Shown here one piece after another: positions 48,965-63,780 of a stretch of DNA of 64,000 bases. The notes below the pieces were generated by a model. The model did not search any database, was not told the origin of the DNA, and saw nothing but the letters and a program-made list of their open reading frames with translations. Origin of the DNA: Octopus vulgaris. Lineage: Eukaryota. The stretch is from contig OX597816.1 of the NCBI GenBank assembly GCA_951406725.2, positions 111,352,001 through 111,416,000 on the forward strand, given 5' to 3'. Each line of letters begins with the position of its first letter. Position 1 is the stretch's first letter. The position numbers and the translations under genes were made by a program.

Positions 48965-49006
<42 letters not shown>

Positions 49007-49591
49007 ATATGTGTATGTACATATATATATATATGTGTGTGTACATATACGTATGTATATATGCATATATATATTATATTATTATATGATTGAACACCAC
49101 GCATCTTCTTCCAAGTAAGTTTTATCTTAATTCTCATATGCACTCTATACCATCTTTTTACTCTTTTGTTTTTCTCTCTTTCTCTCTCTTATTCTTTTAC
49201 CTCCTCTTCTACCACCATTCTATCCTATTACTCTGTTATTCTCTCTCCCTCACTCCCCTCCCTTGCTCACGTGGCTCCCACGTGACCATCGGCCATCTTT
49301 CTTCTCCTAACTTTTGTTTCTTTCCGTTGTAGCTGGAACAAGGATGACGTGTTGTTGTCTGTCTCCTGTACAACCTTGATTTACGCGTTCGCCACCACAA
49401 CCACGCTTAGACTTAGCAGCCCTTCCTGTTTGTTTTCACTGTCCTGTTTGTGTTACCAATTTTGACCCATCACAAAATCCCAAATTTTATTTAATTTGCT
49501 TTGCGGGAGCAACTGTTTTATTGAAAGTGTATATTGTTGTTAAATGCTCGAAATACGAAAGTGTATGTATATATAAATATATGTGTATATA

Positions 49592-49622
<31 letters not shown>

Positions 49623-49782
49623 TATTGTAGGTATGAACCGGTGCGCTTATGCAAATACTATGAACCTTTTACCCCTTACCTAACTTAGCGGTCATTCAAA
49701 TAGCTCTTTTGTCTTAATAGCAGTCAAAAACACAGTAATTTCCCTTTGTATAACTGTCATTTATCATAGCGTTTTTCCGATG

Positions 49783-49852
49783 GCCGGATAACTGAAGAGA
49801 TGGTGGCGTGGATTTCCACCTCGGCATCCGAAATTCGGAGTTTTATCTTGGC
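49783..49852 (+). ncRNA. Hammerhead-like motif
   Basis: gataa-CTGAAGA-gatg...catc-c-GAAA-ttcggag-TT-ttatc. Extra C before GAAA, GUU triplet. Inside a (TA)n-flanked element. Confidence 0.55.
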
Positions 49853-49880
49853 TACCGAATAATTGTCACATATTACATTT

Positions 49881-49918
<38 letters not shown>

Positions 49919-49980
49919 CTAAAGGAATGCAAAAAATGGGACAAGTACACAAAACATCCAGACACGTATTATGTATTTCT

Positions 49981-50024
<44 letters not shown>

Positions 50025-50383
50025 ACCACACACAAGAACAAAGCAAACACTGAGCCACAGCTGTGGTCTTGTTATTCTCTGTGTCTTCTATTACTTCAAA
50101 AGCATCTGCATTTCTGAACTCGCAAACTCTCTCTCACTCACATATATATAGCACTAACACATTCATACAGATATGTATCGAATACAAGTATGAGTATGTG
50201 TGTGTGTGTGTACATATACGTATAAGTATATATATATATATATACAGAGAGAGAGAGAGAGAAGAGAGATAAGAGGTATACATGGTTTTCAAAAAATGCC
50301 AACGTAATTAGTGTGTAGCCCAATTTTGGGTTGTGTACCGCACTTTACAGTGACTTTTGTATCTGCATGTGACTCTGTGTGTA

Positions 50384-50442
<59 letters not shown>

Positions 50443-50466
50443 CAAGTGTAACATGAATATGTATGC

Positions 50467-50531
<65 letters not shown>

Positions 50532-50927
50532 GACAGACAGATAGATATTCTACCACTATTGTTTCGTTTCATTCACTTTATAGTAGTGATATCCATCATT
50601 ATAATATTCTGGGATTTTCATTTTCAAACATATATTGCAAGTAAATCTTTTGAAAAGAAAAGATACAAAATAAAATACACCAGTTCACAATCAATTGTAT
50701 GCATATATGTGCATCAAAATATGTGTACCTCTATAACAAGTAAATTCTCACTCACATACACAGACATGCATCTATGCACAAAGATGGAAACATACACTCA
50801 TATATATACATATGCGTATATATGCATAAATCTGTATAGATATTTATATATATTATTACATCTGTACTCCATTTCTCTACTGAGTCAGCTAACTATACAT
50901 TTACCCACCTAAATATGTATGTATGTA

Positions 50928-50958
<31 letters not shown>

Positions 50959-50992
50959 GCATATATTCATATGTATATAACTTATTTTTATG

Positions 50993-51026
<34 letters not shown>

Positions 51027-51193
51027 TGCATATGTCTATATGTATATATGTGAATATGTATATGTACATATAGATATATATATAAATATGTATATATGTA
51101 TACCTGTATATGTATGTATATATGTGTGTGTGTGTATGTATATTTTATATACATAAATATATGCCTATATTTATACACATACAAAAAAACACA

Positions 51194-51244
<51 letters not shown>

Positions 51245-52045
51245 ATATTAGTATATGTAATTTGTTGTTTGTGTTTTGTTTGTTTTTCCAAGAAAATATT
51301 TGCTGTTGTAAATAATTTGGTTTGTATTAATATTGTGTTTTGAGAGCTTTTAACAGAGACAACTAGAACAAAATAATAATAATTCTAAGAAATATTGATG
51401 TATTTGTTGTCAAGCTTCTATAAATACAAAGGTTTCTCTTTTATATTATTTTCTTATTTATTCATTTGTTTGTCTTTATAACATATTATGAATTTATTAC
51501 ATTTTTGTATTAGAATATTTACCTCCATCATATATTTTTAGCATTCCTTTGCATGTTTCTTTTTATTCCTGTCTTAATTTCGTTTAAAAATAGTGTGTTT
51601 ATTACTATTGTTTTAAATATATCTAATTCCTATTTTTCTCAACGGTGTAAGAAATAACATAATATTCTTTTATATTTTTTCTGATAATCCTTTGTCACAT
51701 ATTTCTGTAATTTTTTTTCACCGTTTGCTTTCCCTAATGGGATAAAAGTTTTATTACAAATGTATTGAAGCAAAACTATGATCTGTTATATTTCAATTCT
51801 TCTTTTTTTTTTTTTTCTTGTTTTTATGAGAAAGAACTTCTGTTTCTTTCTAAAATACATATAAATTCTGAAATTTTTAATGTTTCTTTTAAATTTCTCT
51901 CTATCTAACACATTTTTCATTTCAATATGTGAATGAATGTGTGTATGAATGTGTGCTTGCATTAGCAATACACTGTGTTTGTCTGTGGGTAAAGAGAGCG
52001 ACAGAGAGATGTAATACCATTTTAAATATTCATACAACATAATTA

Positions 52046-52079
<34 letters not shown>

Positions 52080-52702
52080 GTGTGTGTGAATGTGTATATG
52101 TATATATTAGCACATACTTACATACACGCATGATACATTCACAGATGCACATATATAATTGTATGTAATGAACAGATACATATGGACACTCAAGAATAGA
52201 GGCATTTGTTATACATATTTAAATGAAAATGTACATATATGAGTATGAACTATTAATATATCACCAGTACTAACACACTATCTTAAATATAGTGTGTTAG
52301 TAACAACTTCAGTTTCACTTAATCTAAACATGTAAATAAGCTTTGATTATATTTTTCTTATTGAGTTGGAAACTTGAGTTAATTAGGTTTCCTCTGCTTC
52401 ACCATTTAACTTTGATATAAACAGATTACTTTGATTAAATGGTCACATGTTAGTATGTAAAGGGTGATAAAGGACAGGTAAAAGACAGAAGTGCTTAGAA
52501 TCACTGAAATAAAGGATTCCTTGTAAGTTTGAATCTTACTTTTTGTTCTTGTAGTGCTGGTGATGGTGGTTTAGCCACCAGCTGTGACGAAAATGATTCA
52601 AATGTAACCAAAATTATATTCTCTGGATTAGAGTTGATTTAAATGGAAAGGCGACATTTGGAAGTACTTTTGTTGCTGCTGTTATCAATCCAACTTGGTG
52701 AA

Positions 52703-54810
52703 AATTATTATTATTATTATTATTATTATTTTCATCCTCATCCTCATCATCATCATCATTATTTTGTGATGAAAACTCACAGTTTCTTTTGCTAGGATAG
52801 ATGGAAAGTGTCAGCTGTCCACAGCCAGCCAACTAAGGTGACACTTGTTTACTGGTCATGCTTCAAGAATTCTTGCAGTTCCAAGTAATGCTGATTTTGT
52901 AGGTGTTCTACCTTCACACTTGCACCAATCTTTCTCAGCGATGTTGGTAGTAGAGTGGCTGATACTTCCAAGTGCATCAGTTACTGATGGTATCATGTCT
53001 ACTCTCCTCATTGACCACAACCTTCGTATTTCCCACTTCAAATTGTCATAGTTGTTTAATTTTTCTTCTATCACATCGGGGAATGTTAAGTAGATTATCA
53101 TGCATGCTCTTTCTTTTTTATTCACCACAACAATGTTCGGTTTCCAATGTCTGGTCGGGTGATTGCTCTGGATCATTGCATCCCACAGGATTTTGCAATT
53201 CTCATTTTTAGTGATTCTTTCTGGAGTTTGCACTTTGTAGGCCATAATTTTCACAAATCTCCCACTGGATCATTCTTGCCACATTGTCATAGCATTTTTT
53301 ATATTCATGTTGTGCCAGTTTCGAGCATTTGCTAACCATGTACCATACTGTTTCACCCCTCTCACCACACATTTGGCATATATCACTGTCAGTAGTGTTG
53401 TCTATTCTGCACTCCATAGTTGATCCTTAACACTTGTTCTTGAGCTGCACATATGAGTGCTTCTGTCTCTATTTTCAGGTCACTCCTCCTCATCCATTGC
53501 CACTGGTCCTCTGTATCTGCCCTAGTTTTCATATTTCTTGCAAACTGACCGTACATTTTTCCTTCTATACTTTTCTGTTTTAGTGTTCATTTTTTGTTTA
53601 AATTTTTCTTTCATTGCACAATTTTCAGTTTTGATGATGCCAGCTTTCTTCATATGTTTCAACGATGGCTCTAGAACATTTTTTTATATACCACCTTAAG
53701 CTGTTTTCCTCTGTTTCATTACAGTCCTGGCAACTAATTAAACCTCTCCCATCCTTTCTTCTGGACAAGTATAGCCTATTGGTGTCACACTTAGGGTGGA
53801 AGGCTTCATGTACTGTCAACATTTATCTGGTTTTGGTATCCATTTACATCACTTCTCTCTTTTGCCATTTTATAATTCCCACTCCATACCAAAGTGATAT
53901 TATCACCCATGTATTAACTGCTTGGGTTTTATTCCATCCAATCAATTTTGAGTGCAACACCAACCTTAGTCTTCAGAAACATTCCATCCTCAGTTGCTCT
54001 TTCATTTTCTTCTCCATTATCTCGCTGAACTCTAGTACACCAAGATATCTGTAACCTTTTGTATCAATTTGTTTTATCAAGTCTCTATTTGGTAATTCTA
54101 TCCTGGCTAGGGGCTGTACATTGCCTTTTTTTAGGTAAAATATTCCACACTTCTTGAGTCCAAATTCCATTCTAATATCAGTACTAAAACAGTGGACCAT
54201 GTTCACCAAGGAACTCACGTATGCCTCATTCTTGCCATACTGTTTCAAATCATCCATGAAGAGGAGGTGGTTGATTATTTGGGTTTTTCCTTTAGTTGGT
54301 ACCCCAAATTCATTTTCCTAACTACCAAGGTCAGGGGTATAATGCAGAGAACAAAAAGCAACGGAGATAAGCTATCACCCTGGAAAATCCCTCTTCTGAT
54401 ACCTAGGGTACTCAAGCTTTTTCCATCAGAAGTCAGTTCAGGTTTCCACCCCACCATACATCTCTTTAGGAAACACATTATATTCCTCACAATTCCAAAC
54501 AGATCTAAGCACTCAATGATCCATGAATGTGGAATCATGTCATAAGCTTTGCAATGTTCAATCCAGGCCATTCCCAGATTTGTTCTCCTTCATATACAAT
54601 CTTGCATCAATAATTGATCTTTGGTTCCTCTGTATCTCCCTTCTACAGCCTTTTTGTTCTGGTGGTAATATATCGTTCTCATCAAGAAATTTATACAGTT
54701 CTTCTGAAATTCCTCCTGACAGTAACTTCCACAATAATGGACAGTAAGAAATTGGTCTGTAATTGGTAGCAGCATTTCCCTTTGATGCATCCTTCAGACA
54801 CAACACTATT
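52703..54810 (-). mobile_element. Old, heavily decayed R4/Dong LINE
   Basis: NYRPIS, PPEQKGCR, AWIEHCKAYDMIPHSWI, GIFQGDSLSPLLF, FMDDLK, YRYLG, ICQMC, KPNIVVV, ALLGTARIL on minus. (TAA)n at 52703-52728. Confidence 0.88.
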
Positions 54811-54819
54811 CATGAAGCA

Positions 54820-55560
54820 AGGTAACTTGTCGAGCTTTTTCTATAGATCAACAACTTATTCTTAGCTAAATACGTCTCTTGTAGATACTTGACTATGAAA
54901 ATAGCATCGGTAGAGTTTCTCCCCTGCACAAAACCAAACTTGCTTAATTCTGTTTCTAATTAATTGGGTTATAAATCTCTCCATAACTCTTGTCATCTGA
55001 TCCAGTAATTTAATGCCTTTATAATCATTTCTGTCTAAGTCATCTCCCTTTTCCTTGTAGCAGCTGACATTGATATTGTTATACCAATCACTGAGGATTA
55101 AGCCTTCCTGAATAACCTGATTAACTATATGAGTGACTATACCATATACTACTCTAACAGATATTTGAAGCTTCTCAACAGCGATCCTGGTGGACCAAGG
55201 GATTTTTACTGTCTTCATATCTTTAATCTATGATACTGCTGTCAACTAGAATAGCTGGTCCCTCTGTTAGGTTCAACGGAGGAGACTCTTTTTCTCCCAT
55301 TCATTTTCCACACTTAATAGCCTTCCATGTTAGCTCTTCCGTACCTTTTCCTTTTCAGAATCATCATGTGCAAGGACACTCTTTTCAATCCATACATGCT
55401 TCTGTTCCACATCATCTTGATTCACTCTGACACACTGTCTAGCACACTGGAACATCTCCAGTCTCTGATCTTCATGTTGCAAGACATTAGCAAACCTCTT
55501 CCTTTCTGCTTCTACCCTTGCTAGATAAATCTGACGTTAACATATCTTCACCACCATCTC
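54820..55560 (-). mobile_element. RTE-clade LINE RT remnant
   Basis: SDWYNNINVSCYKEKGDDLDRNDYKGIKLLDQMTRVMER (RTE-type KGDAL.RGNYRGIKLL). Confidence 0.75.
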
Positions 55561-55789
55561 TCTCACTACTGTTCTATTTTTCTTTCTCTCTGACTCACTC
55601 TTTTTATCTTACTCTCTAACTCACCCTCCTTTTTCAATTGGAGTTTTCATATATCTACCCTACAGCAAGACACCAATCCCTGTCCCTCTATATCGCTAAT
55701 ATCTCAACAACTGGCATGAAGCTACCCCCTTACTACTACTCCCTCCTCAAAACTGAGGCAGGTTTTGCCGTGCAAGTTAATTGGTGCCC

Positions 55790-56040
55790 CTGTTGCTGCT
55801 GGTGCTATGTAAAAAGCATCGGTACTGATGCCATGAAAAAGCACTGGCGGTAGTGTCACATAAACAGCATTGGTGTTGCACCATATGAAAGTCACCCAGT
55901 ACACTCGGTAAAATGTTTGGTTTTAGGAAGAGTATTCAGCTATGGAAACCATCCCAAAACAAACCACAGCAACTGGTGTGGCTCTCGGCCTTACCAGCAT
56001 GTCAGGATAAAAATGGATGTTAAATGATGATGATGATGGT
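55790..56040 (+). mobile_element. RTE-type 3' UTR fragment with (GAT)n tail
   Basis: gctggtgctatgtaaaaagca...ggaagagtattcagctatggaaaccatc...ggatgttaaatgatgatg. Confidence 0.6.
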
Positions 56041-56104
56041 GGTGGTGGTGGTGGTGGTGGTTGTGATGATGATGATGGTGGTGGTGGTGGTGGTGGTGGT
56101 GATG

Positions 56105-56262
56105 ATGTCTCTTGTCCACAGACAGTCTAGCTGTGGTTCCCTACATCTTATCTCTTGCACACAGCACTCATCTGCACGTCTCTGCAGTAGCATTTCAACA
56201 ATCTCGTGAGACCTACCTTTCATTGAACCAACGTTGATTGTAATAACTCTGAACGTTTGGAT
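56105..56262 (-). mobile_element. RTE APE endonuclease N-terminus remnant
   Basis: RVITINVGSMKGRSHEIVEMLLQRRADECCVQEIR. Confidence 0.75.
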
Positions 56263-57032
56263 TTGGAAAGCTTGAGAGGGAAGTTAGGGGGGTGTTTTCA
56301 ACGTCTGGAAAGAATATTTTTGTGATCGCTTGCCAAGAGGGAGCAGTTCCTTGTGCTTAGCACACTGGGATAATAGATACTTCTAAATTATCATCATCGG
56401 CATTGTGTAAAAATATGTTCATAAACATACACCCACGTGCACATAGGAACATACACGAACAATTAAATACATGTAAAAACATGCACGTGGAGCCCGCAGG
56501 ATATTAAATCCATACATGTACTCATATTACGATGCACTCGTAAGACATAATATTGTCATCTACCATACACAAACACACAGATAATCATGTGCACAAATAT
56601 ATGTACATGTTCGTATGTGAGCAGATTTAAACAATCATACACACGCAGTCATATGTGTGTTTACGCTTGAACTTTAGGGATGAGTGAAAGTGGTGATGAG
56701 ATTCAAATGAGATCGCACGACTAGGCAGACTTCTATGAAACTTCCTGACAGAAATGGAAAATTGCCTATCGATATAGAACCCCAATATTTAGTACCTGTA
56801 AGACAGATAGAAATATTAAAAGAGATACGTCCCCAATATCACACAGTGAAAATGAGAGGAATAGAGATGATATTATTACTATCCTTAAGAGAATTCAGAC
56901 TGAGAAATTGGTAGTGTATGTATGTATAAACCGAAAGAAATTTTAATATGTATGTATTCATTATCACTAGTAACTATATATATACATACATACAAACATA
57001 CCTGCATATATATATATATATATATATATATA

Positions 57033-57712
57033 CTAGACAACCCATGACCCGTTGGGTCACTGACGTTTCAGGCTATAAATCATTGAAGCTAAATTCAACA
57101 TTGCATGGAAATGTAGGAAATTATTCATACTTGTCTTAGTTTTTCCTTTTCCTTTCATGCTCTGACGTCGGAGGGAATATTTTCTTATTTTGTCTCTGTT
57201 ACAGTTTGTTCGCAAGAATGCTTTTGATGACAACATTCTGAATCTTTTTTTTTTTTTTTTAGCTTAACCGACGAAATGAAAGTAATGAGTTAAAACAAAT
57301 AAGAACGCGTGTAGAAAGAAAGTGTTTTTGAAAGAAAACTAAAAAAAAAGCGAAAGAAATAATGTAAGAAATGAAAATCTGATCTTGAAATCAGGAACTG
57401 TTGCTGTACGTCACGAAAACGTGTGTAATTTTATTGTTACCGCACCTGTGGTGGTTTTACAAAGAGAGAAATACAAGGCAAGGGCTCCTTGTTCAGTTGT
57501 CTGCTCGGAATTTTGTGGCAACTTTTGCCCAGAAACAACGCGTATCTCGGGAGCCCGTGGTCCGGTTTACTCAAAATTTGTTTAAATCTGTTTCTATTCA
57601 CAATTCAGGGTTACTTTACTTTCAAAGTATTTTCCCATTATGCGCCGATTTAGCTGTGTAACACTCCAAGCAAACAAGCAAGATTGAAGTTCCTTTTTAA
57701 TAGTATATATAT
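57033..57712 (-). mobile_element. Non-autonomous Helitron-like element
   Basis: Minus-strand 3' end tgaccc-aac-gggtca hairpin + tgggttgtCTAG|T. The 5' end merges into TATATATACTATTAAAAAG (~57712, boundary uncertain). Confidence 0.55.
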
Positions 57713-57777
57713 ATATACAACTGAAAGGCACAAGTACATATATATTTTTTCTTTTTTTTCTTTTTAGTTTCAGCTCA

Positions 57778-58150
57778 GAATAAAGTCTTAGCTGTTTCAG
57801 CTTTTCCCAGTAGCTGAGCTGTTGCAATGAGACGATCTTCTTTGTGAAGCTTCGCTGGATTGCCTCAAGGCTCACTGTTAATTTTACACTGTTGGGTGAC
57901 CATAGATGGGAGCAGTAATCCAGGCAGCTGCGGACGAATGTCCTCCAGAGGACCATCATGGTTTCCTTCTCTCTGGTTCTGAATGTTCTCAGGATCCAGC
58001 TAGCCAGTCTTCTGCACTTTGTAGCCATCCTGGTAATGTGCACTTGGAATACCAAATTTTCTCACTGATTTAGGATCTGGGATCGTAATCCTCTGTGGAC
58101 CAGTGTACTCTGTAAGTTTTAGATTCAGTTTTATACGCTGGTAGCGCAAG
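57778..58150 (-). mobile_element. CR1/L2-type LINE C-terminal fragment
   Basis: WILRTFRTRE...VRSCLDYCSHLWSP...LEAIQRSFTKKI...LSYWEKLKQLRLYS. Confidence 0.85.
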
Positions 58151-58277
58151 GGTGGCTATCCGGGCAGCTGAGGGCATATCTGAGAGGGCCACTATGAAAA
58201 GCATATATGTATGTATGTATATGCACATATATATATATATATACATATATATATGTATATATATATACGTATGTATG

Positions 58278-58309
<32 letters not shown>

Positions 58310-59019
58310 TGTATGTATGTATGCTTGTACATGATGGATCTATCTATCTACATACCTCCCATTGTCTGTGTAATATTTTTCGAATATTTTGTAGTTTTGT
58401 AACTCAGAATTTCAAAGATATGAAAAAAGACTACTTTAGCCACATCGCAAATAAACATTAAAATAACATTGCTTTAATATAATTTGGTTATTTTTTTTTT
58501 ACCTTGGTTGTTTGAGAAATTCAACTTCATAACTAAGACATTAAAAGTTACTGACTTAGCTGAGCTGAATTATTGTCACAGAGAGTCTTAATATCTGGAA
58601 TTATGAATATTATTCACAGCTATATGTCAGCTTCTGTTCATTCTGTTTCATTGTTTTGTTTTTTTGGGGTTTTTTTTTTGTATTGTTATTGAATACAGTG
58701 AAAATGTTCTTTCTTATAAATATGTTGTTGGAAATCGCATTAACACTTTTAAAGCTTTTATGCTAATAGCTGAGAATTCCATTAATAATGCAAACCAAAG
58801 TTTTGTCGGTTTTACTTGTTAGAATTTTCATTTCAAGAGAAATCTATTGCAATGTCTATTTGCTTGTTCTTATTCTTCTTGTGGAAGATTTTTTTATGTT
58901 TAACAAGTGAACAAATTGTTTTCAACCCAAAATTGGTTTTCACTTTCAGCTGGAATATGCGCTAATATTTTGACTTAGGAAAACTTTGAGTCATAGAAAA
59001 ATACTGAAGTAAACCTCAC

Positions 59020-59370
59020 ATATGTTTCCAGCAGGATGTGGCAACTGCTCATACTGCAAGAGAAACAATGCAGTTGCTAAGGCAATGCTTTGGAGAGAGA
59101 ATAATCACCCGCTACGGCAATGTCAACTGGCCTTCATGTTCCCCGAACTTGACTAGCCTGGATTTTCTCTTGTGGGGATACCTGAAAGAGAGGGTTTATG
59201 TCAACAAACCAGAGACCCTGATGCAACTGAAGGAGAACATGATAGAGAAATCGGAGAAGTGGGGTCTGAAACTCTTGAGGATGTTATGGTGCCAGTTTTG
59301 GAAAAAGCACGGGCATGCAAAGCCGAAAATGGTTGCCAATTAAGCGATGTCCTTTTTCATATATGATGTA
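59020..59370 (+). mobile_element. DD41D (rosa-like) transposase C-terminal remnant
   Basis: FQQD-x41-DFLLWGYLKERVYVNKP, counted 41 residues between the aspartates, with WPSCSPNLTSLD. Confidence 0.85.
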
Positions 59371-59867
59371 GTGGTGTTGCAAAATTCGACTTATGCATAT
59401 TAATTTCCATTATGTTCTTTATATTGTATCACAATTTCATGCATTTATTTGTAAAGTTAAGGAAGTTATTATAATTGAAACCCATCAGTGTAAGTTTATT
59501 CATTTCATTTCAGACTATGAAACATTTTATATTGATAATATACTTATCAATAGTAACACTTGGAGCAGGCCTCTGCATCAATCCAAACCTGAATTGTTTC
59601 TGTACGTAATTGCAAAGCAAACAATCCAGATTTAAATTGAAGCAGAGACCTGGACAATTGAAGCCGTGGAGACTCTACCAAATGCAAGAATTTGCCAAAA
59701 ATTCCGGGTATAACGTCTTGCTGCTCATGTCACTCAGATCCTGACATTTGGACTGTCTGCTTGTCAAACTCTGTCTTTTCTCTCCACATTTAGTTTTGTT
59801 TCGGGTGCTTGAGATCAAATCTGACTGGACAGATCTATGGTCACATCATCACTCAGAATTTCATATA

Positions 59868-60104
59868 CAGTAATCTCTCACCATATCGCGGCTCACCTAT
59901 TGCTGTTCACCTATCTTGCTTTATAATTTAAGCTTCCGTTGAAAGCTCTATGGTGTTGTTTTGCATTTATAAAATATATATATATGCAAATTATAAAATC
60001 AATTTTAAAATATACAGTACAGTACTGTTTTTCTACTTTGAGGATTTTCACCTATAGCGGAGGGATTTTGGAATGTAACACCCGCGATAGTCGAGGGATT
60101 GCTG
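59868..60104. mobile_element. Tigger/pogo-like MITE
   Basis: TA then cagtaatctctcaccatatcgcgg ... ccgcgatagtcgagggattgctg as imperfect TIRs. Confidence 0.65.
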
Positions 60105-61829
60105 TTCATTTTCACAGGCGCCAGGTTTTCACAGATATTATCAGTCTGAAAAATCCTATTGTATATGAAAATTTCCTAAGTGAAAAACAAACAGTCTAGC
60201 TTCAAATCAAAACAGAGCCTTCTACATGACGTCCATGTAAGTGAATATATCAGAATGATACAGCGTTTTTTTTTTCAATTCAGCATTAATCTTTTGATTT
60301 TACAGGAAGTCCAAAACAATTTACAACTACAAAAAACCCAACTTCTTCAACTAACTCAAAAAGCCATTACCAACACTTTTCCACTTAATAGTCAGCACAT
60401 TTCGGACTGTAGTAATAAAATTGCACTCAGACTTTTCATACTTTCACATAATTAACTAACAAGTCCTATATTTTGTCAAATTAACCAATTGTACAGTATC
60501 ATTCACTAGTAATTTCAGATCTTGAGGAATGTGTTTCACAGCTGGTATTTGATGAGGAAATTACCTGTGGATATTTAAACATTCTATTCTTCTGCATTTT
60601 TTCTTGCAACAGAATCAGAAATTTCCCTTAGCATAGTTGAAGTTACGTCACTTTTTAACTATAAATGATTTATGCTGAATATTATTTCTCATGTAGCACG
60701 ACTTTCAAGAGTGGAAGATTAATAAGTTGTTTTTTTTTATGCCGCGTTTGTAAATGTAGTATGTAAACACAAACCTAACTATTAAGTCAGCAATGTCTGT
60801 TGGCACACTCATTTGAAGGGGAAATATTGAGTTCAGTTTAATCTATCTGATCAATCTAAGCTACAGGAAAATTTTATATTTTAGGAATACCTTTTAAACT
60901 CCATAAATAGAAAAAGTTATACTTTAACATATTTCTATCAACCATGCATTCAACTAAATATTTCTCATGGATTATTAAACATATGCAATATGAGACAAGA
61001 AAAGCAGTTTTGTTTCTCTGCACGAAAGCTGCTTTTAAAATATTCATGCCATAGAGATTTTGAATAAGAATATGTTGCCTCTGAATATCTTGAGTTCAAA
61101 TGTAGTCTAGTTTAGTTTAATTTAAGCAGCTTTTAATAGTGACCTTTCTACAGTCAATACGCATCCCAATTGATTTAATATTTGTACCAGTCTAAGTGAA
61201 ACCATAAGCAATAAAACATTCGTCTTGTATTATTATTGTCTTATTATTTTAACTGTATTCATCTTATTTTGATATTGCTTTTGAAGATCGAATTTGTAGG
61301 CTCATTCTGAGTAACACCACTTTCACTTAGGTTGCTTGTGCCATGCCTATTAACACTTGATTATTATTGATGTTTGACCATTTATACATTGGGGAAGTAA
61401 ACAGAGTGTGATTTATTGATTATAGAAAATTATATTTGCCCAAAACATTTATCTTCACTATACATCCATTAGAAAAGTCTTTAAACTATTTACCACAAAT
61501 ATTGTGCACTATTTTTAACAACCACTTCGCATTTATTGTTGCTTAAACTGAAAGCAATTGAATATTATCAAGTAATATTAACTTCAGTTGCTAAATTTCG
61601 CTAGTTCAGCAGAATATATCCAGAATTAATATTCTTACATCAAAACTAAGTACTTGTTATTCAAGCATAAGTTACTATGAAATTCTTGGATAAATTTGCG
61701 TTAAGTCTATGTGAGTGTGTCCCATGACATCTATAGTGTACAGTTGCATTAATTTTCTCCCTCTCTACGTGTGCCTGTGTAAGTACATATATACATACAT
61801 GTATATATGTGTGTATGTGTGTGTATGTG

Positions 61830-61866
<37 letters not shown>

Positions 61867-62490
61867 TGAGAGAGAGACACAGAGAGAGATGTATGTATAT
61901 TGTATGTATGACAACTGACTTACTATTGGATAAGAGTAAAACTCTAGATATGGTAGAATAGAAAGTAAGGGACAGAGAGAGAGAGAGTAAAAGAGGAAGG
62001 GGAGATATGTTGAATCCAAAAGGCATGTCCTTTGTATATGTGTGCGTATAATTTATCTTTGTGTGTGCATGTGATCATTGCTTTAACAGCAATTCATATG
62101 CTTGTGCATACATGAATATACGCAAATGTGTGTATGTGTTCATCATTTTAGGAGCAGTTTATATAAAGTGAAGACAGCTGAAGTGAAGACAGCAAGTTCT
62201 CTGTATATCTCCGTAACTTCTTGGAGATTTTAAGTAAAATCATACTAATGTGTCCATATGTTTTAATTTAATTAAATTCTATGTCTTTATGCAGCGGAGA
62301 ATTGCTCTGCATTTAAATTGATGTAATGATTGCATTCTTCAATTAAATGGAGTTACTTGAAACGATCGTACTGCATTACCTCTGGATATCCTTCTTGTTT
62401 ATTTCGATTTTAATCACCTTATTTTGAAATTGCATGGATAATAATGTACTAAATTCTGCTTCCTCAACTTAAGTACCATATTCATCTGAA

Positions 62491-62543
<53 letters not shown>

Positions 62544-62873
62544 TTGCATATGTACATACCTACATATATATGTATATGTACATGCATATATACATACATA
62601 TATATGTATATGTACATGCATATATACATACATATATGTACATACCTACATACATACGTATATGTACATGCATATATGGGTACAGGACATAAAAAAAAAC
62701 ATTGAACACAATAAGAAACGAAAACATAAAAACAAAAACATAGAAACGAACACTTTTTCAAACAACGAAGAAAAACAGAAAAACAAGACAGGCATCACAA
62801 GGAATATTCTCCTTCTTCAGTTGTCCCTGTTTCATCTACTCCGCGTTTCGAAGGTAAGGATAATATATATATA

Positions 62874-63265
62874 CTAGCAGTATCGCCCGGCGTTGCTCGG
62901 GTTTGTAAGGGAAATAACTATATAAGCATTTTTAGAGTTATAGCCAAAAAATAGCAAAAAATGCATTAAAAAGGGAAATAAAATGATGGTAAATTTTTTT
63001 TAAATCGTTGACTCATCGTAGACGTTTTTAGAGAGTTACTTCCCTTATATAATAACGAAAAAATGCATTAAAATGGATAAAAATGATGGTAATTTTTTTT
63101 AAAATCGTAGACTCATCGTAGACGCGCGCTAATACCCAGAAGGGCTCGATATGAATCACGACTATAAGATACCGGTTTAGGTTAAACTGCACCGCAAAAT
63201 GTGGGAGTAGTTAGGAATCTAAATCGTAGGAGACAGACACACAACTTGACTTTTATATATAAAGA
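62874..63265 (-). mobile_element. Non-autonomous Helitron (392 bp)
   Basis: Minus strand A|TCTTTATATATAAAAG...cccgagcaacgccggg hairpin...CTAG|T. Internal ~100-bp tandem duplication. Related 3' end at 40500-40527. Confidence 0.85.
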
Positions 63266-63780
63266 TATATAAACTGCTCCTGTTTTGTAAAACCAGTAAT
63301 TAGAATAAACACAATGCAAACATTTTCAGACAAAATTTGTATGTAAATACTATGTACATGATTTTAAAAATCAACATATCACTTTCTTTCTATAAAATCA
63401 ACCATAGAACTAGAAATAGCTGATAAGAAACCACTAGGTTTTATGGGAATTTGTTTGAGAAACCCTAGTCTAAATGAATATTGCTCTTCCTCTCCACTCT
63501 CATACTTTATCTATCCAATTATTTATGTCTTCCTTGCCCAGTGTGTCTTTCATTTTTTCATTCCCTTTGCGTGACTTTCTGATTCTTTCTCTTGTTTTCT
63601 TTATTATATCTGCCAAACTCTCCTACTTTCTTTGTTTCTCAATGATTGATTTGCATCGCTCTACCTTTCTTCACTTCTATAACACATATTATCTACCATT
63701 CCTTGCTCCACTCTTAGTACTAATGCACTTAACTGATTTTTCATGTACCCTATATTTTACTATATGTATGTATGTATATA

